The notes under the pieces are model-generated. The model was not told the DNA's origin and searched no databases. It saw only the letters and a list, made by a program, of their open reading frames with translations. This document shows, piece after piece, positions 1 through 12,955 of a DNA stretch of 64,000 nucleotides. The translations under genes and the position numbers were made by a program. The stretch is from assembly GCA_013239625.1 (NCBI GenBank), contig MU057357.1, forward strand, positions 8,523,161 to 8,587,160, read 5' to 3'. Positions within the stretch are counted from its first letter, which is position 1. Each line of letters begins with the position of its first letter. This stretch comes from Lama guanicoe (lineage: Eukaryota).

Positions 1-280
1 GGCACTCTGCATTGCCTTGGCCCCTCCATGTCCCTCTGAGCCCTGCCTGGTCTCTGCTTTGCTGCGTGCAAAGGGTACCCCTAACTCAGTCTGGCTGCAG
101 ACAGTCCCTGCCTTTCACGGTCCAGCTGTCTCAGTCACACCAGCTCCAGGGACTCTCCCTCTCATTGTCCCCTGCCCCACTAGGTCTTCAGTAGATGCCT
201 GTCACATGTTCATCAGAGTATATCAAGATTAGTTCTACCCTCAAATGGTCCATTTCCTTCCTAAGTAAAAGAATGCCCTC

Positions 281-1000
281 ATTTATTTATTCAGTAAATA
301 TTTATTGAGTACTGTTTATTATGAGTAGAATCGTGTTCCCTCAAAAGACGGTGAAGTCCTAACCCCCAGTACCTGTGAATGCGACCTTATTTGGAAGAGG
401 GTCTTTGCCAATGACCAAGTTAAAATGAGGTCCTTAGGGCAAGCCCTAATCCAGTATGACGGGTGTCCTTATAAAAAGAGGAAATTTGGACACAGACACG
501 TACAAAGGAAAGGCGATGTAGAGACACAGAAAGAACGCTGTCTATAAGCCAAGGAACTCCTAAGGTTGTCAGAAGCTCAGAGAGAGGCCTGGAACAAATT
601 CTCTGTCACAGCCCTTAGAAGGAACCAAACCTGCCAATACCTCAATTTCAAACTTCCAGTCTCCAGAACTGAGACAATAAATTTCTGTTGTGTGAGCCAC
701 CCGGTTTGTGGTCCTTTGTTATACCAGCTATGAGCCAAATACCTTCATTCTAGATCAAAACTTCATGGCTTCATGGAGCTCACATCCTAAAAGGGAACAA
801 CAGACAATAAACAAACAAATGAGCAATGTGTGTAGAACATTGGGTTTGAGCAAAGACCTGAATGAGGTAAATGATGGTGCCAAAAAGATGTCCATGGACA
901 GTGTGGTCCAAGCAGAGGAAATGGGACACATATTGAGCGCTTTTTGTATTTCACAGGGCCCAGAGCAGGGCCAGACAAGATTGGAGGATGACTAGGAAAG
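281..1000 (-). mobile_element. L2 LINE 3' fragment, interrupted by an MLT1 LTR
   Basis: 'tattcagtaaatatttattgagtact' is the reverse-strand L2 3' terminus; L2-like sequence resumes after 744 ('catggagctcacatcct...gagcaaagacctgaatga'). Confidence 0.6.
313..743 (+). mobile_element. MaLR solo LTR (MLT1B-like)
   Basis: Hallmark MLT1 segments 'gaagtcctaacccccagtacctgtgaatgcgaccttatttggaa', 'ccctaatccagtatgacgggtgtccttataaaaagaggaaatttggacacagac', 'ctccagaactgagacaataaatttctgttg'. Confidence 0.9.
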
Positions 1001-1699
1001 CTGCTATGGCAGGAAGGTCATTTGGCCTTTGCCTCGCAGCCTTAAGAGCCTCAGCTGCAGATGCTGGCATCATCTCCCAATGAGCGTATGCACGCAGCCA
1101 TGGAGATTGGGAGCGTTGCAAGAAGATTCTTTGCTAAAAATACATTTTTTAATAAACTTGTAATTATGTTGTGAATAGCATGAGTGAATTCAAGACAAAT
1201 AAGACATAACTCCTGGCCTGGAGAGATGGAGGCTGGCGAGGAGAGGGGAGTATGTAAACAAACCATTTTAACATAGTGTTTTAAATGCCCTGGTGCGAGC
1301 ATAAGAGAGGTCTTTGGAGTGCTTTTTAACCCTCATTTTTTTCTCTTTATTATTGGAGAATCTTGAGGCAAAATTTTATACAGGTGAGTGGTTTCCAGCT
1401 ATACTCTTCCATTAGTTACTTGGCCAGGCATGGACTTAAAATATTAATTAATCTCTACTGGGTTCATGCCTCGCTAGCTCACAGGGTCTTCTCTAACCAT
1501 GACCCTTGGAGTCACCATCCTAAAATATAAATAGGGAATCTTTAGATAAAGGGAGCTCCAAAGTCCTAAAGAAGACTTTGCCAGCACTTCCTAGCTCCTT
1601 CCTCTTGTTCTCTCATGAGTGTAGGCTCCTCAATCTTGTCCAGCCTCCTTTGACCTTACTGTCTTGCATTGGTCCCTCCTTTGAATGACAAAACTTTCC

Positions 1700-2842
1700 A
1701 GCCACTTCTATCATCTGCCTCCATTTCCTCACCACTGCCTCTACTCTGACTCCCCCTGCTTGCCTCCTCTGTCTCCAGCCCCCAGGAAAACCCTGCACCA
1801 GGCCATCCAGCCATCGAGCTTGGCGTAGATGGGCTTTAGTTCAGTACTAGCTTTTCTTGCCCCGGTGGCTGTATGGAGCATCACGGACCACCTCTTCCCC
1901 CTGAGATGTTTTCCTCTTTTGACATTCCAGATGACTCTATCCCAGTCCTTCTGTCTTACCATTTTCACGGTCTCCTTCTCTGGGTTTCTTCCTCCTCCTT
2001 CCCTTTAAACACAGATCTTCCCCAGAGTTCAGGCCCTTCTTAATCTGCTCCTCTCTTTCCCTTGAAAATCAACTCAAGCCCATAATGTCATCCCTCCGTT
2101 TCCTATCAATTGCTCCAAAGTCTGCAGCTCCGTCCCTCACCTGTTCAGACAAACCAACTGTCTGCCCATAGTTTTGTTATTTCATGTTGCTACTACCTCA
2201 GACTCAACATCCCTCAACCTGAACACAATTCCCTACCCTCCAAACGGTCCCCTGTTCTGATTCTTGGTTCTTATTCATGTAACATCACCCTCCTTCTCAT
2301 CCTGACCTGAAACTCTGAGAAACATTGATCCTTCACCTCTCCTAAGTTCCCCACGTGCAGCCAGCTGATTCGTTCTTCAAAATTTCTCTCTCAATAGGAT
2401 AAATGACTATTCATTCTCATTGCCACAGTCCTCTCTCACCAGGACTGTACAAATAGTCATATATGCCTCCTCCCAACTGCTATGGGAACTTTGCACAAAA
2501 ACCCATTTCCTTCACACTCGACTTACTCTGCTTCTATCACCTGTCAGTTCTCAGCCTTCACATCACTTCCTTAAAGGAAACTTTCCTGTTCTCTCTGACT
2601 CTGCAAACTCCACCTTCTGTTATATGAGTTCAAAGCCCCCTGTTCCCCTCCAGGACTTAACTGTTGAAATTTTACATTATTGATATGATGGCTTGATTAA
2701 TGCCTACCTCCTCCACCAGGCTCTCAGCTCCAGGAGCTTAGACTCATGTCTGTTTTTGTTCATCACTCTACCCCCAGCCTCTAGCATGGGACCTACGACA
2801 TAACAGATACTCTCTCTATATATACTTGTTGTAAATGAATGT
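1700..2842 (+). mobile_element. L2 LINE fragments (3' portion)
   Basis: Pyrimidine-rich L2-like run ('cctcagactcaacatccctcaacctgaac') ending in the L2 terminus 'catgtctgtttttgttcatcactctacccccagcctctagca...ttgttgtaaatgaatg'. Confidence 0.7.
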
Positions 2843-2859
2843 CTTTTCCCATGTCCCCT

Positions 2860-3402
2860 CTCTAGATTGACTTTTGCACAAATGGCCCCAACAAGATTTT
2901 TGGTCCCATATACTGTTTCTCTATCAAGAGATAGACTCTATTTTCCCTTCCCCAGTAACTGGTCACATTTTGCAACTGTCTTGATGAACAGAATCTGTGG
3001 CGAGATGCTGCACAACTATTGAAGCTGTGCTAGAAAAAGCATTACAGCTTTCTGGATCTCTTGGGGCACTAATTCTTGAAACCCAGTCTCCATGTTACGA
3101 CTTCGGAAGCCCGACCTACATGGAGCCACCATGACTACATGTTCTGGCAGACAGATACAGCTAAGCACAAAGCTGACGGCCAGGGTCAACTGAGACATAT
3201 GAGTAAACAAATCACCACCAACTTTCAATCTTCCAGTTAAGGCCGTAGACAGTAGGAAACAGAGACAAACAGTTCCTGCTATGCCCAGTCCAAATCCCTG
3301 ATACATCTGCAAGCAGAACACAGACTCTGTGAGCATAACCAATGGTTGTTTTTTTCCACCAAGTTTAGGGATAAATTATTGCACTGCAATAGATTAACTC
3401 AG
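2860..3402 (+). mobile_element. MaLR solo LTR (MLT1G/H-like)
   Basis: 'gagatagactctattttcccttccc', 'acagagacaaacagttcctgctatgcccagtccaaatccctga', 'ctgtgagcataaccaatggttgtt..ccaccaagttt..gcaatagattaac'. Confidence 0.8.
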
Positions 3403-3419
3403 CCACCCCCTTATCACCC

Positions 3420-3760
3420 TGGGGGTGCCTCCCACTGCCTCTGGGACACAGTGTGAGATCCTTAGCTCGGGCTTTAAGGCCCTCAACAATCTGGTTCCAA
3501 CCATTTATTGCCCTCTGGAGAAAACTTCTGCTCCTGCCAAATTGGTTTACTCCCAGTTTTACCAACATCCTCTATTCTTTCTTCCGTCACCGGGACCTCA
3601 CTGTTGCCCATAACTGGAATGGCCTGACCATGCAGTCCCACCAAATTCTCTTCATCCCTCAGAGCTCAGCTGTCTGCACCTCCTCCCCACAGCCTCTAGG
3701 AACATCCCGGATCAACAATGCTCTCATTTTCCTTGGAATTTAGAGCTTTCAATTTTTAGC
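3420..3760 (+). mobile_element. L2 fragment
   Basis: 'ctcccactgcctctgggacacagtgtgagatccttagc..ctttaaggccctcaacaatctgg' matches the L2 3' region. Confidence 0.55.
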
Positions 3761-3930
3761 TCTACCGTTTTCTAAATGGAAAATCAAGATTTGTGGTCTT
3801 AACAATTTTTTAAATGATTTTTCCATTTAGTTACATGGAAAATTGTACAAATAAATTGAAACTTAAATACATTTATTTACATATTTAACCAATAGACTTC
3901 CTTGAAAACTATAAGATTGAAAACCTCAAA

Positions 3931-4230
3931 AAGTAGGTACTATTATTATCCCCACCTTACAGATGAGGGAACTGAGAATTAGAAAGATTGAGTAGAGGGG
4001 AAGGGCCTAGCTCCAGTGGCAGAGCCCATGCTTAGCATGCATGAGGTTCTGGATTCAATTCCCAGTACCTCTCTAAAAATGAACAAATAAATAAACTTAA
4101 TTACCTCCCCCCTCAAAAAATAAAAAAATTAAAAAATAAAAGATTGAATGAATTGCCCTTAGTCATACACCTAAGATTTGATGGAACTGGGATTCAAACC
4201 TGGTTCCTCTAAGTCAGATCTTAATCGTTG
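3931..4230 (-). mobile_element. MIR SINE split by a vic-1 SINE
   Basis: MIR core 'attattatccccaccttacagatgagggaactgag'; resumes at 4141 'agattgaatgaattgcccttagtcatacac..gggattcaaacctgg'. Confidence 0.85.
3995..4138 (+). mobile_element. Camelid tRNA-Ala-derived SINE (vic-1 type)
   Basis: tRNA-Ala-like head (A box 'tagctccagtgg', 'cttagcatg' loop, B box 'gattcaattcc'), tail 'taattacctcccccc' plus A-rich tail; TSD aaagattgagta (3983-3994) / aaagattgaatg (4139-4150). Confidence 0.9.
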
Positions 4231-4294
4231 CCTCACCTGGTAATTAAACATGTACTGTCTTGTGTTATGTTTTCATGTTTTATATTTTCTTTTG

Positions 4295-4670
4295 ATGAAT
4301 CAATTATTTACTGCAAAAATAATACATGCATGTGATAATAAAAAATATCAAATAGTCCAAAAAAGGTATGCAACACAATAGGAGATCTCTCTCCAAATCC
4401 AGGTCCTATCCCCTTTCCCCAGAAGCAACCACACTTCATGGTTCTTTTGTATATTTCCAGAAATGCATGTGTACATACAAGCATTCCTTTACTGTACAAA
4501 GGGAGCATACTGTCTACATCTTCTTCTTTGCAATGTCGCTTGACAAGCATTCCAAGTCGACATATATAGAGTTCTTTATGTTCTTTTTCTGGACTTTGCA
4601 ACGTTCTATGGCAAGACTGTACCATGACTTATTCAACAAATTCCTTGTTAATGATCTTACAGTAGACAGA
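4295..4670 (-). mobile_element. Ancient L1 (L1ME-type) 3' UTR fragment
   Basis: 'ccccagaagcaaccacact..gttcttttgtatatttccaga', 'gactgtaccatgacttattcaacaaattcc'. Confidence 0.65.
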
Positions 4671-5789
4671 AGCTATTGAGAGAGAAAGAGAGGGAGAGAG
4701 AAAAGAGTTTGGATGGAAAACTACAGTAAAATGAGAAGGGACAGGGGAGACAAGCAGTACTGAAGGAGGAAATGACTTACTTCCCAGGTATACTGCAAAG
4801 AGAAAGAAAGCATGGCTGGGGAATAGAAGTGAAAACAGAGGAGGCTCTGAATCCATTGTGTAAAAGTGGGTCCACGAAGAAATGGGAGGAGTCACCTCTG
4901 CAGGCTCAGTGGGGTGAGAATTTGCCCTCTATCATCTTCTTTCCTGATGATTTCATCACCTCTCCTTATGCTCTCCCCTCTTTTGCCAACCCCGTCATTT
5001 AAAAAAATATATATCTTGCCCAAAAGAAAACAAACATGTTACTATTTATTCATGCAGGAAGGCCCACTGGACACAATGGACAGCAGCACCAGCCCTAATT
5101 AAATGAAATGGGGCAGGTGTAATTCAAACCACCTCAGGAAAATATAATCTGCCACCAAAAAAAGTTCCCACCGTTCAGACCACAGGGAAATCAGACCAGC
5201 CTCCCTCCCAGGTTCCCAAGCAGAAAGGCTGGACTCAGGGCAGCAAGACAAGAGAAGGTCGATTTCTCGCCAGCAGTTTCCTCCCTCCACTCTGAGCTCT
5301 GTGCACCCCCCACCCCCACCCCTCTGAGCTTGTTAACTGACATATCAGAGCTGCTCCCTTTATGGGCCGGATTGTTTAGCTAATTCACCCATGGAAAATG
5401 GTGCGGTTCAGATTCCATGCTGAGGCAACCAGACACCCACTGTAAATCCAGGCTTGGGGATAGTATCTCTTTTGCTTCCAGACACATAAACCTCATCCCT
5501 CCTCCTCCCCACGCAGCTTTCCTCTGGGCCTAGAAGGGACCTCAGAGAGGCTCCCATCTGAGGTCCCTTCACTTAGAGTAGAACCAGAGCTAAGAGATGG
5601 GGAAGGATGCTGGAGAAACTTACAACTGGCCTCCTAATTTAGACATGGACTCTGAAAGTCAGAAGTGAACTTGACCTAAGGATGCTCCCTGGGTACCAAT
5701 GAAGAGCACGTGGCCGAATGAAAATCTGACTGCATTCTCCACATTCCCCTCACCAGCTGCAGTTGAGCCCTGAAATTAAACCCATTCTG

Positions 5790-5982
5790 ATTCAAACCCC
5801 AATTGCACAATTAACTAACTATGCAAGTTTGAGAAAATTGTTTAATCTCTGTCTACTTTCATCTTCTAATGTATAAAATGGGAGAGTAATCTCTCTCTTA
5901 TCTCCCTCATAGGATTATTGAAAAATTAAATGGAAAGCCCATGGAAAGTTCTTGGCAATAGTAGGGGTTCCATAAGTGTGAA
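5790..5982 (+). mobile_element. MIR SINE
   Basis: 'tttaatctctgt..tataaaatgggagagtaat..cctcataggattattgaaaaattaaatgg'. Confidence 0.7.
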
Positions 5983-8631
5983 CAAGCTTCCTTCCTCCAG
6001 AGAAAGGGTTTTTACACACCCGCTTTGGCCTCACTCCAGTCCTCCCTTCCAGGGTCCAGTGCAAAAGTGTGTGACCTCATGCAGATGGTGATTAATGGGC
6101 AGTAGGCAGGCTCCCCACCTGCTCAAGACTGTCTCCACCACCCCCTCTCCAGCTGTCTTAGACGCAGCACGACAAGTCGTTCTTGGAGGCCAGGAGAGCT
6201 TCAGGATCTGTTAGCTGCAATGGCTGTGAGTTTGAGTCACTCTCATTTATGCAAGGGGGCAATTGTGCAGATAACCTGAAAATGCAGCTCTGCCTGGCCG
6301 GGGGATTCACTGGGAACCCACACGCCACTCCCAAGAGCAAAGCCACATGTGACTCTAATTCCATCCTTGCAGGGCTGGAGCACAGCCGAGCCCTGACCCC
6401 TCGGGGGCTGGAGACGGCTCTTCCCCCAGCCCTCACTCCCACCCCACTCCCGTCCAGGTGGAGCCAGTCCCACTCCCTTGACCTTGCCGCTGAGCTCCAG
6501 TTTCCAGCCATTTCATCACCTCTGGGCCTCTCCTCTGAACCCTCTCCAGGTTCCCCGTGTCCCTCTCGAGCTGCCTGTCAGTCAACACTCATTGCTGAGC
6601 TCCAGCTCTGTTCAGATGACTGTACTCAGAGCTCGGCAAGGGACTGGAGCCAGAGTCTGGCCAGGGTGGATGGAGCATCCTGGGGAGATGACCTCATGGG
6701 CCCTTCCTCCACAGAGTATTTTTAGACACCACGTCCCTCCCCTTCCCACTCAGCTTCCATGGATTTCCAATGCAATCCAGAACTCCCCTAAAACCTCCAA
6801 TAATTCAAAAGCTTATGGGGTATAAACAGTAAATACCCCTCCACACACTCAAATCCTGCTTTTGGAGACTGGTTCCTTTTCATTTCTACCCTGCTTCTTT
6901 TCAGAAAATAAAGACTGGCTCTTGCTCTCAAATACCAAGAAACTCTGAGCATCTTCCTCAAGGCAGGCAGTCCCCCCCACCTCCATGGCCGTGGCCCCTC
7001 TCTGTGTGGCTGTGATGTGGTTTCCCTTGTTGCTAAGCCAGTTTCAAGTTACACAGCCTAACATCCTGGGAGCAGCCCTCCTCTCTGGTGTGTAGAGAGA
7101 CTCAGATCTTCTCAGAAAACTCCAAGTAAGCAGCATCAAGAAATCGCAGGCTCTAATTAGCGCCATAGCATCAGTATGCATCAATAGGAACCTGAGTCTG
7201 GGTCATGTATCAGTGTCTCTGTCTAGTCCCACCTTTTTGGAGAAGTTAACTGCTCTGATTTTTCCCCTGAGCAGTTTGAAAGTATTCTGTCCTCTTTGTT
7301 TTGCTTTCCTTTTCTTATTGATGAACACCCCCAAAGAACTCAATCAGTAATTTACAAATGTACCCACAAGAAGATGCATCTCAGGACCCTGAGATGGAGG
7401 AAATTCTGATGCTGCCAGAGTCAGCCACCCATCTCCTCCTCCTCTTCATGCTCTAGCTCATCACCCTACAAGCATCTAACCTAAACTGGGCTCTAGGAAG
7501 CCCAGCTCCAGGCCATATTCTGGCCATGGCTGCTGCCAACCACTCCATGAGTGTGAAATAGTGAGAAAACTTTCACAGCCTCAGATGAGGAGAGAGGGGG
7601 AGGTGACAGGAGATGAGAAGGGCCCTGTCTCACCCCACCTCACCCAGCTCCAGGGAAGACAGGTGCTAACTGGAAAGCAATGCTAGGCAAAGAGCTGGCT
7701 CTCGATAAACATGTGTTGATTTCTCCTCGATGATAAATGCTAGTGAAGTCCAAGACAGGCTGCAGTGGGAGGAGGCAGAGCTTCACTGTAGTCAGGCAGG
7801 ATTTGAATCAGTGGCAAACTAGAGGCAATTCCAGCTGAGTTCAGGGCTTGGCACAGGGCACCACTCCATAGTCCCAGATGACAGATTTGTAGATCTTGTT
7901 CATGCTGTTCTCCTTGCCCAGAACAGCATCTGCCCACATCCACTGACACGGTCTCCAGATCAAAGATACCCCCTTGTGAGCAGTCCCTCATCCCCAGAAC
8001 CAAAGGCTCTCCCGCAGCTCAGAGCACCCTCTCCAAGCACTTTGCTCAGAGCTCTTGGAGGACACTTATCTCCTCTCACTGCAGGGCAGGCAGGCACCAG
8101 CGGGGCAGCAGCCTCTTTTGGCAGTCTTCTGGGACATAACTGCCTCTCACAGCCTTTGCAAAGTCAGAGGCACCCTGGCAGGGAGCCAGAACAGGCGGCT
8201 GGAAGGTGGTGGCTTCCACGGGAGGAGGTCAAGGGGACTGATTTGTGGGGCACTCATGAGGCATTCTTCAGAGGTTCCAAAACCTATCTGGGAGAACTAG
8301 AGAGGGGGCTAGATAGAGCTCCCAAAGATACCAGCCAGAGCAGACAAATAGCGTTTGGGGACCCAATTTCTCCCCAATCAGATAATCCCTGGAAGATGGG
8401 ATTACATGTAAATGTTTGCGTTCCCTCTAGGACTATATGCCACTTCACAACTCTCAGTCCTACCATCCCCAATCCTGCTTGAATTTGAAGGGCTTGACTA
8501 ACGGCGGAGGGAAGAGCCCAGCCCTAAAAAAGGAGCCTTTCGCCTAAAGATGTAGGAAATACTAAAATCAATAAAACAAACAACACCAAATATATACGGC
8601 CAAGGCAGGTACACCACAGAGGTCGGGTTAT

Positions 8632-8820
8632 TGGACTCTAGTACCAGACTGCTGGTTTCAAATCCCAGCCCTTACTGCTCACTCCCCTGCTGTGACCTCT
8701 CTATGCCTCAGGTTCCACATCCATAAAGTGGGGATGATATTGTGGTATGGATTAAATGAGTTTATATATATAAATTGCTATAAATTTGCTATGTTGTTGT
8801 TGTTATTATGGTTGTTATTT
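8632..8820 (+). mobile_element. MIR SINE
   Basis: 'ccagactgctggtttcaaatcccagc', 'ctctatgcctcaggttccacatccataaagtggggatgat', 'ggattaaatgagtt'. Confidence 0.8.
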
Positions 8821-8919
8821 ATATACATTGCCAAAACTAAACAGGTCACAAGGAGAGCTTGAACTTCAGTGTTAGAAATGAGACAAAACTGCCAGGGAGG
8901 AATGAGAAGGAAGAGTAAC

Positions 8920-9190
8920 ATGGGAAAATCTGAGGTACATAGTTAGGTGAAAAAGAGCAAGGTGAAACTATGTATTTTATGATATTATTTAAGAAAAAAA
9001 TAAACAAAATATAAAGATTTTTAAAGAATGCTTTTTATGTAAGAAATATCTGTGGAAATACTCCCTAAAAATTGGGACTAGAAACTGGAGGAATAAGATG
9101 AGCAGGAAAAGAGAGTTTGCTTGTCACTGTCAGCCTTTTCGTATTATATAAAATTATGCCATGGGTATAGGACTTTTTTGTTTAAAATTA
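8920..9190 (+). mobile_element. Ancient L1M 3' UTR fragment
   Basis: 'gggaaaatct..gttaggtgaaaaagagcaag' followed by an AT-rich L1M-type 3' end. Confidence 0.5.
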
Positions 9191-11019
9191 ACAGGTAAGT
9201 GGATGGATGGATGGCACATGAGGAACAATCTAAGGCAGTCGCTTAAATCCGCCATTGTGGTTGGCTTTGGTGTGCCAGTCACTGTATCGTGAGAGGATGG
9301 CTGAGCCTCATTTTCAACGCCAGGAATGAACAGATATCTCTCTCCTCTTAATAAATAAAAAGAGTAAGAGACAACAACAGTTTACATTTGGATCTGTTAG
9401 AGATTATTTACTGGATCAGACCAACCCCTTCTTCACCCTCATGCGTCAGATCACTCATAAAGAGAGAAAGGGTAAGGTAGAGTCATCTGGTCACCTGTAA
9501 AGACGTGGTAAATAGACCTGGGGATGGAATAGGGACAACCCCTATTCCCAGTCCTGTCCACTGTCAAGTGCACACCGTCCCTCAGAAGGTCCAGCAAAGT
9601 CTGTTTTAACTCCAGGGTAGAAAGAGATCAGGGTCTCTTTGATTGTGCAGCAAGTGAAGTCGCTGAACAGTGTTTAGGGGCCACTGTGTAAACCTAGAGC
9701 CACCCTTCGCCTGGTGAGCTGCTCTCGTTGGGGGAGGTGTGCAGGGACAGAGGCTAGGAGGCGGTGGCACATTGACAGCACCCATCTCAGGCTCACTTCA
9801 CCACCTACCCCACTGTAACTGGCTCACTGTTTCTTGCTCTCTTTTAAGTTCATATATTTGAATTCACGTTATTGAATGAGACTCCATTTCAGTGGTTGCT
9901 CAATGTACACTGACTTTTTAAAAAGTATCTAACAAAGAAAGACCCAGAACCACCACTATCCCCACTGTCATAAAAACATAGTCATAGAAAAAAAAGGAGA
10001 TATTAATATTTGTGATTTACCTGAGATTCCACTGTAGGAGGTGAGCTGAGCTAGGAGATCATGACAGCCGAGGCAGGAGACAACTAGTGAGGCACCTCTT
10101 CAACAAGTTACTGACCACTTGAACTGCAACCATTTTAGGAAATCGGTCAGAGTCATCTCAAAGCCATTAATTTTCCTCCCGAAGTCTTTGAGGAGAATTG
10201 GAGGGGCCAGCAAAGATTGGAAGGACAATCAAAGCATTTACTAAGCACAGTGTTGTCAGGCAGGATACTGGGACCTGGGCAGAACCACAGTGGAAGAAAA
10301 AGCAGGGTCACCAGCTTCCAGAGTCTACTGTCAAACTGAAGCCCCACGGAGATGGGCAAGTACTAACACCACACTTCAATGTGTCGTGTGACAAGTGTAA
10401 GGGCAGAGAAGGAAAGAGTGCCTGTCTCTCGAAAGGAGAGCTCAGGGAAGTGACATTTTCTTCAGCCCAGCTTGGTTCCTTAACAGCACTTGGAAGGACA
10501 CACCCCCTGCCAAGCCATTTCTGGACTGCACTAAGCACTCCTGACCCTGAGCCTCCCAACTCTATGCTCTTGTAGTCACGGGTTATCCACAATGTCTTGA
10601 GCCTCATGTTTGCCCTGTCCTTTTTCTCTGATGCACATCATAGTCTAAGCTCCACCAGACTACCCTTGAGCTGTCCATCCATGCAGAGCTCTCCAGCACC
10701 ACCCCTGATACCCTGCAGGACTCTCACTCCTCCAGGGACCCTCCATCCTGATCCTCATCCCCTACCAGGGTGGAATATGAATACATTCAAGCTGGTCTTC
10801 CAAGTTGAATAGAAGTTTATAAGTAGAGCAGAGGCTTAGCTTTGCAGGTAGAGGAGGTGTGTGGAGAGGGGCCAAGGGGTAAAGCAGAGTGAGTGTTGGA
10901 TTAAGGGGAGCCTCTGTGGTAGGCACAAGTGCAGGCTGGCAGGGGCTGCAAGGAGGTATGACAATTTCATATAAGTTTCACATGAACAAACTCTCCATTT
11001 GCCTGCTTCTAATCTCTCC

Positions 11020-11438
11020 CCACTCTAACTCCACCTGCACATCTCTGCCAAATGAAGCTTTGAAGTTTCCTAAAATACAGTTTTCATCAAATTACTCAAG
11101 GAACTTCGGTGTCTCCCTACTTGTAGAATCAAGTCAAGTGCCCTACCTTGGATTTTTGGGTCTTCAGGTTGGCTCCAGCTCACCTGCTTATTATTCTTCT
11201 GCAGAAGTTCTCCAACGAATGCTTCTCTTTAGCCAGGGAGACCATTGCATCACTGCCCACACATGCCAAGGCCGCTCAAGCCTCCAGGCCTTTACTGATA
11301 CTGTGGCCCCAAGTCTGGAATGACCTCAGGTCACTTCTCTACTTTGCCTCATGACCCAGCTCAAATTCCACCTCCTCTGGGAAGCTATACTTGACTCTTC
11401 CAATGCTCTTCTCTCACCATCATTGCAGGGAGTTTAGC
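11020..11438 (+). mobile_element. L2 fragment
   Basis: 'cctccaggcctttactgatactgtggccccaagtctggaatg', 'cccagctcaaattccacctcctctgggaagc'. Confidence 0.65.
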
Positions 11439-11450
11439 ACTTAATTCTTT

Positions 11451-12515
11451 TTTATTTTTAATTTTTTAAAATTTAATTCACATTCCACATGCTTATTTAT
11501 TTAAAATGTACAATTCAATGGTTCTTAGTGTATTCACAGAGTCACTCATTACTCACCAAGTGCAGCCATCGTCACTGTCAATTTTGAAACATTTCCATCA
11601 CCCCAAAAAGAAACTTCAAACCCTTTAGCAGTCACCTCCTCAGTCCCCCATTCGTTACTTCCCAATCCTCTAGCCCTAGGCAATCACCAGTCTACTTTTC
11701 ATCTTCTTTCTGTCTCTAAAGACTTGCCTATTCTGGGTCGTTTGTGTAAACGGAATCCTACAATATGTGATCTTTTCCGTCTGGATGCTTTCACTTAGCA
11801 TAGTCTTCAAGGTTCAGCCATGTTGTAGCATGCATGAGTCAGTACTTTATACATTTTTATTGACAAATAATACTCCATGGTACAGATAAACCACATTTTG
11901 TTTATCCATTCATCCATCTCATCCATCGATAGACATTTGGGTTGTTCTCACTTTTTGGCTGTTATGAATAATGCAAGTCTTTGTGTGGACAAATTTTTGG
12001 TTCTCTTGGGTAGATTCTAGGAGTGGAATTGCTGGGGTCTATGTTGAATTTTTTGAGGAACCACCAGACTGTTTTCCACAGAGGCTGTACCAGTTACTCC
12101 TATCAACAATATATAAGGGGTCCAATTTCTTCACATCCTCCTTGACACTTACTACTATCATTATCTGACTTTTTGACTATGGCCACAAGGGTGGAGAGAT
12201 ATTCCATTGTGGTTTTAATTTGCATTTCTCTGATGGCTAATAAGGTTGAGAATATTTTCAAATGCTTGTTGGCTTGTTTTATATATTTATATATATATAT
12301 ATTTTCTCTGGAGAAATGTGTATTGAGATCCTTTGCCCATTTTTTTTAACTGGGTTGTCTTTTCATTGTTAAATTGTAAGAGTTATAAGTCCCTCATCAG
12401 ATATATGATTTGCAAAATATTTCTTCCCATTCTATGGGTGGTCTCTTCACTTTCTGGGTGGTGTCCTTCGAAATATAAAAGTTTTTCGTTTTAATGAAGT
12501 CAATTTATCTGTTTT
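11451..12515 (-). mobile_element. 5'-truncated L1 (L1MB-type)
   Basis: L1MB 3' UTR 'tttaaaatgtacaattcaatggttcttagtgtattcacagag', 'acatttccatcaccccaaaaagaaac'; ORF2-end 'gtggttttaatttgcatttctctgatggctaat'; putative TSD acttaattcttt (11439-50) / acttagctcttt (12516-27). Confidence 0.9.
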
Positions 12516-12721
12516 ACTTAGCTCTTTAGTATTTAACTCTACTTGAGTGCTTAACTTTTGTCTGCATGCTTGGGGATTATCTTGTAGCTCCAACCAGACT
12601 TATGATGAGGGCTCATGGGCTATGCTCCGGGTATTAAAAGGAAGAATAGAAACTGAACCAAAAGAAAGCCCACAAGCTAAATGACATGGTAGTCATATTT
12701 TGTGTTTGGGAAGGTAGGCAG

Positions 12722-12955
12722 TTCTGATGGTAGAGAAGAATGAGAATCTTGGGTTAAAATAGATTTGGGTTCAAATCCCAACCATACCACTTTCTACCAA
12801 TTGTGTGACTTCACACAAGTTACCCAACTTCTCTAACCCTTAGCCTAAAAGGGATAAACTAAAATGGGTGGAATGGGTGAAAAGGCAACATAGTAATATC
12901 TACCTAAAAGGGTCTTGAAGATAAAGGAGATCAAGTATGCAGGACCTAGCACAGC
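12722..12955 (+). mobile_element. MIR SINE
   Basis: 'agatttgggttcaaatccca', 'tgtgtgacttcacacaagttacccaacttctct'. Confidence 0.75.

Noticed and set aside
6183-6725. Longest unique ORF (180 aa, + strand)
   Set aside because: Starts at TTG, Ser/Pro/Leu-rich, no recognisable domain or convincing splice boundaries, and overlapped by similar ORFs in other frames; typical chance ORF in GC-richer DNA.
7976-8482. 168-aa ORF
   Set aside because: GTG start, compositionally random, no recognisable family.
9526-9548. Hairpin ggaataggg-acaac-ccctattcc
   Set aside because: 9-bp arms are within chance expectation; too short for a pre-miRNA.
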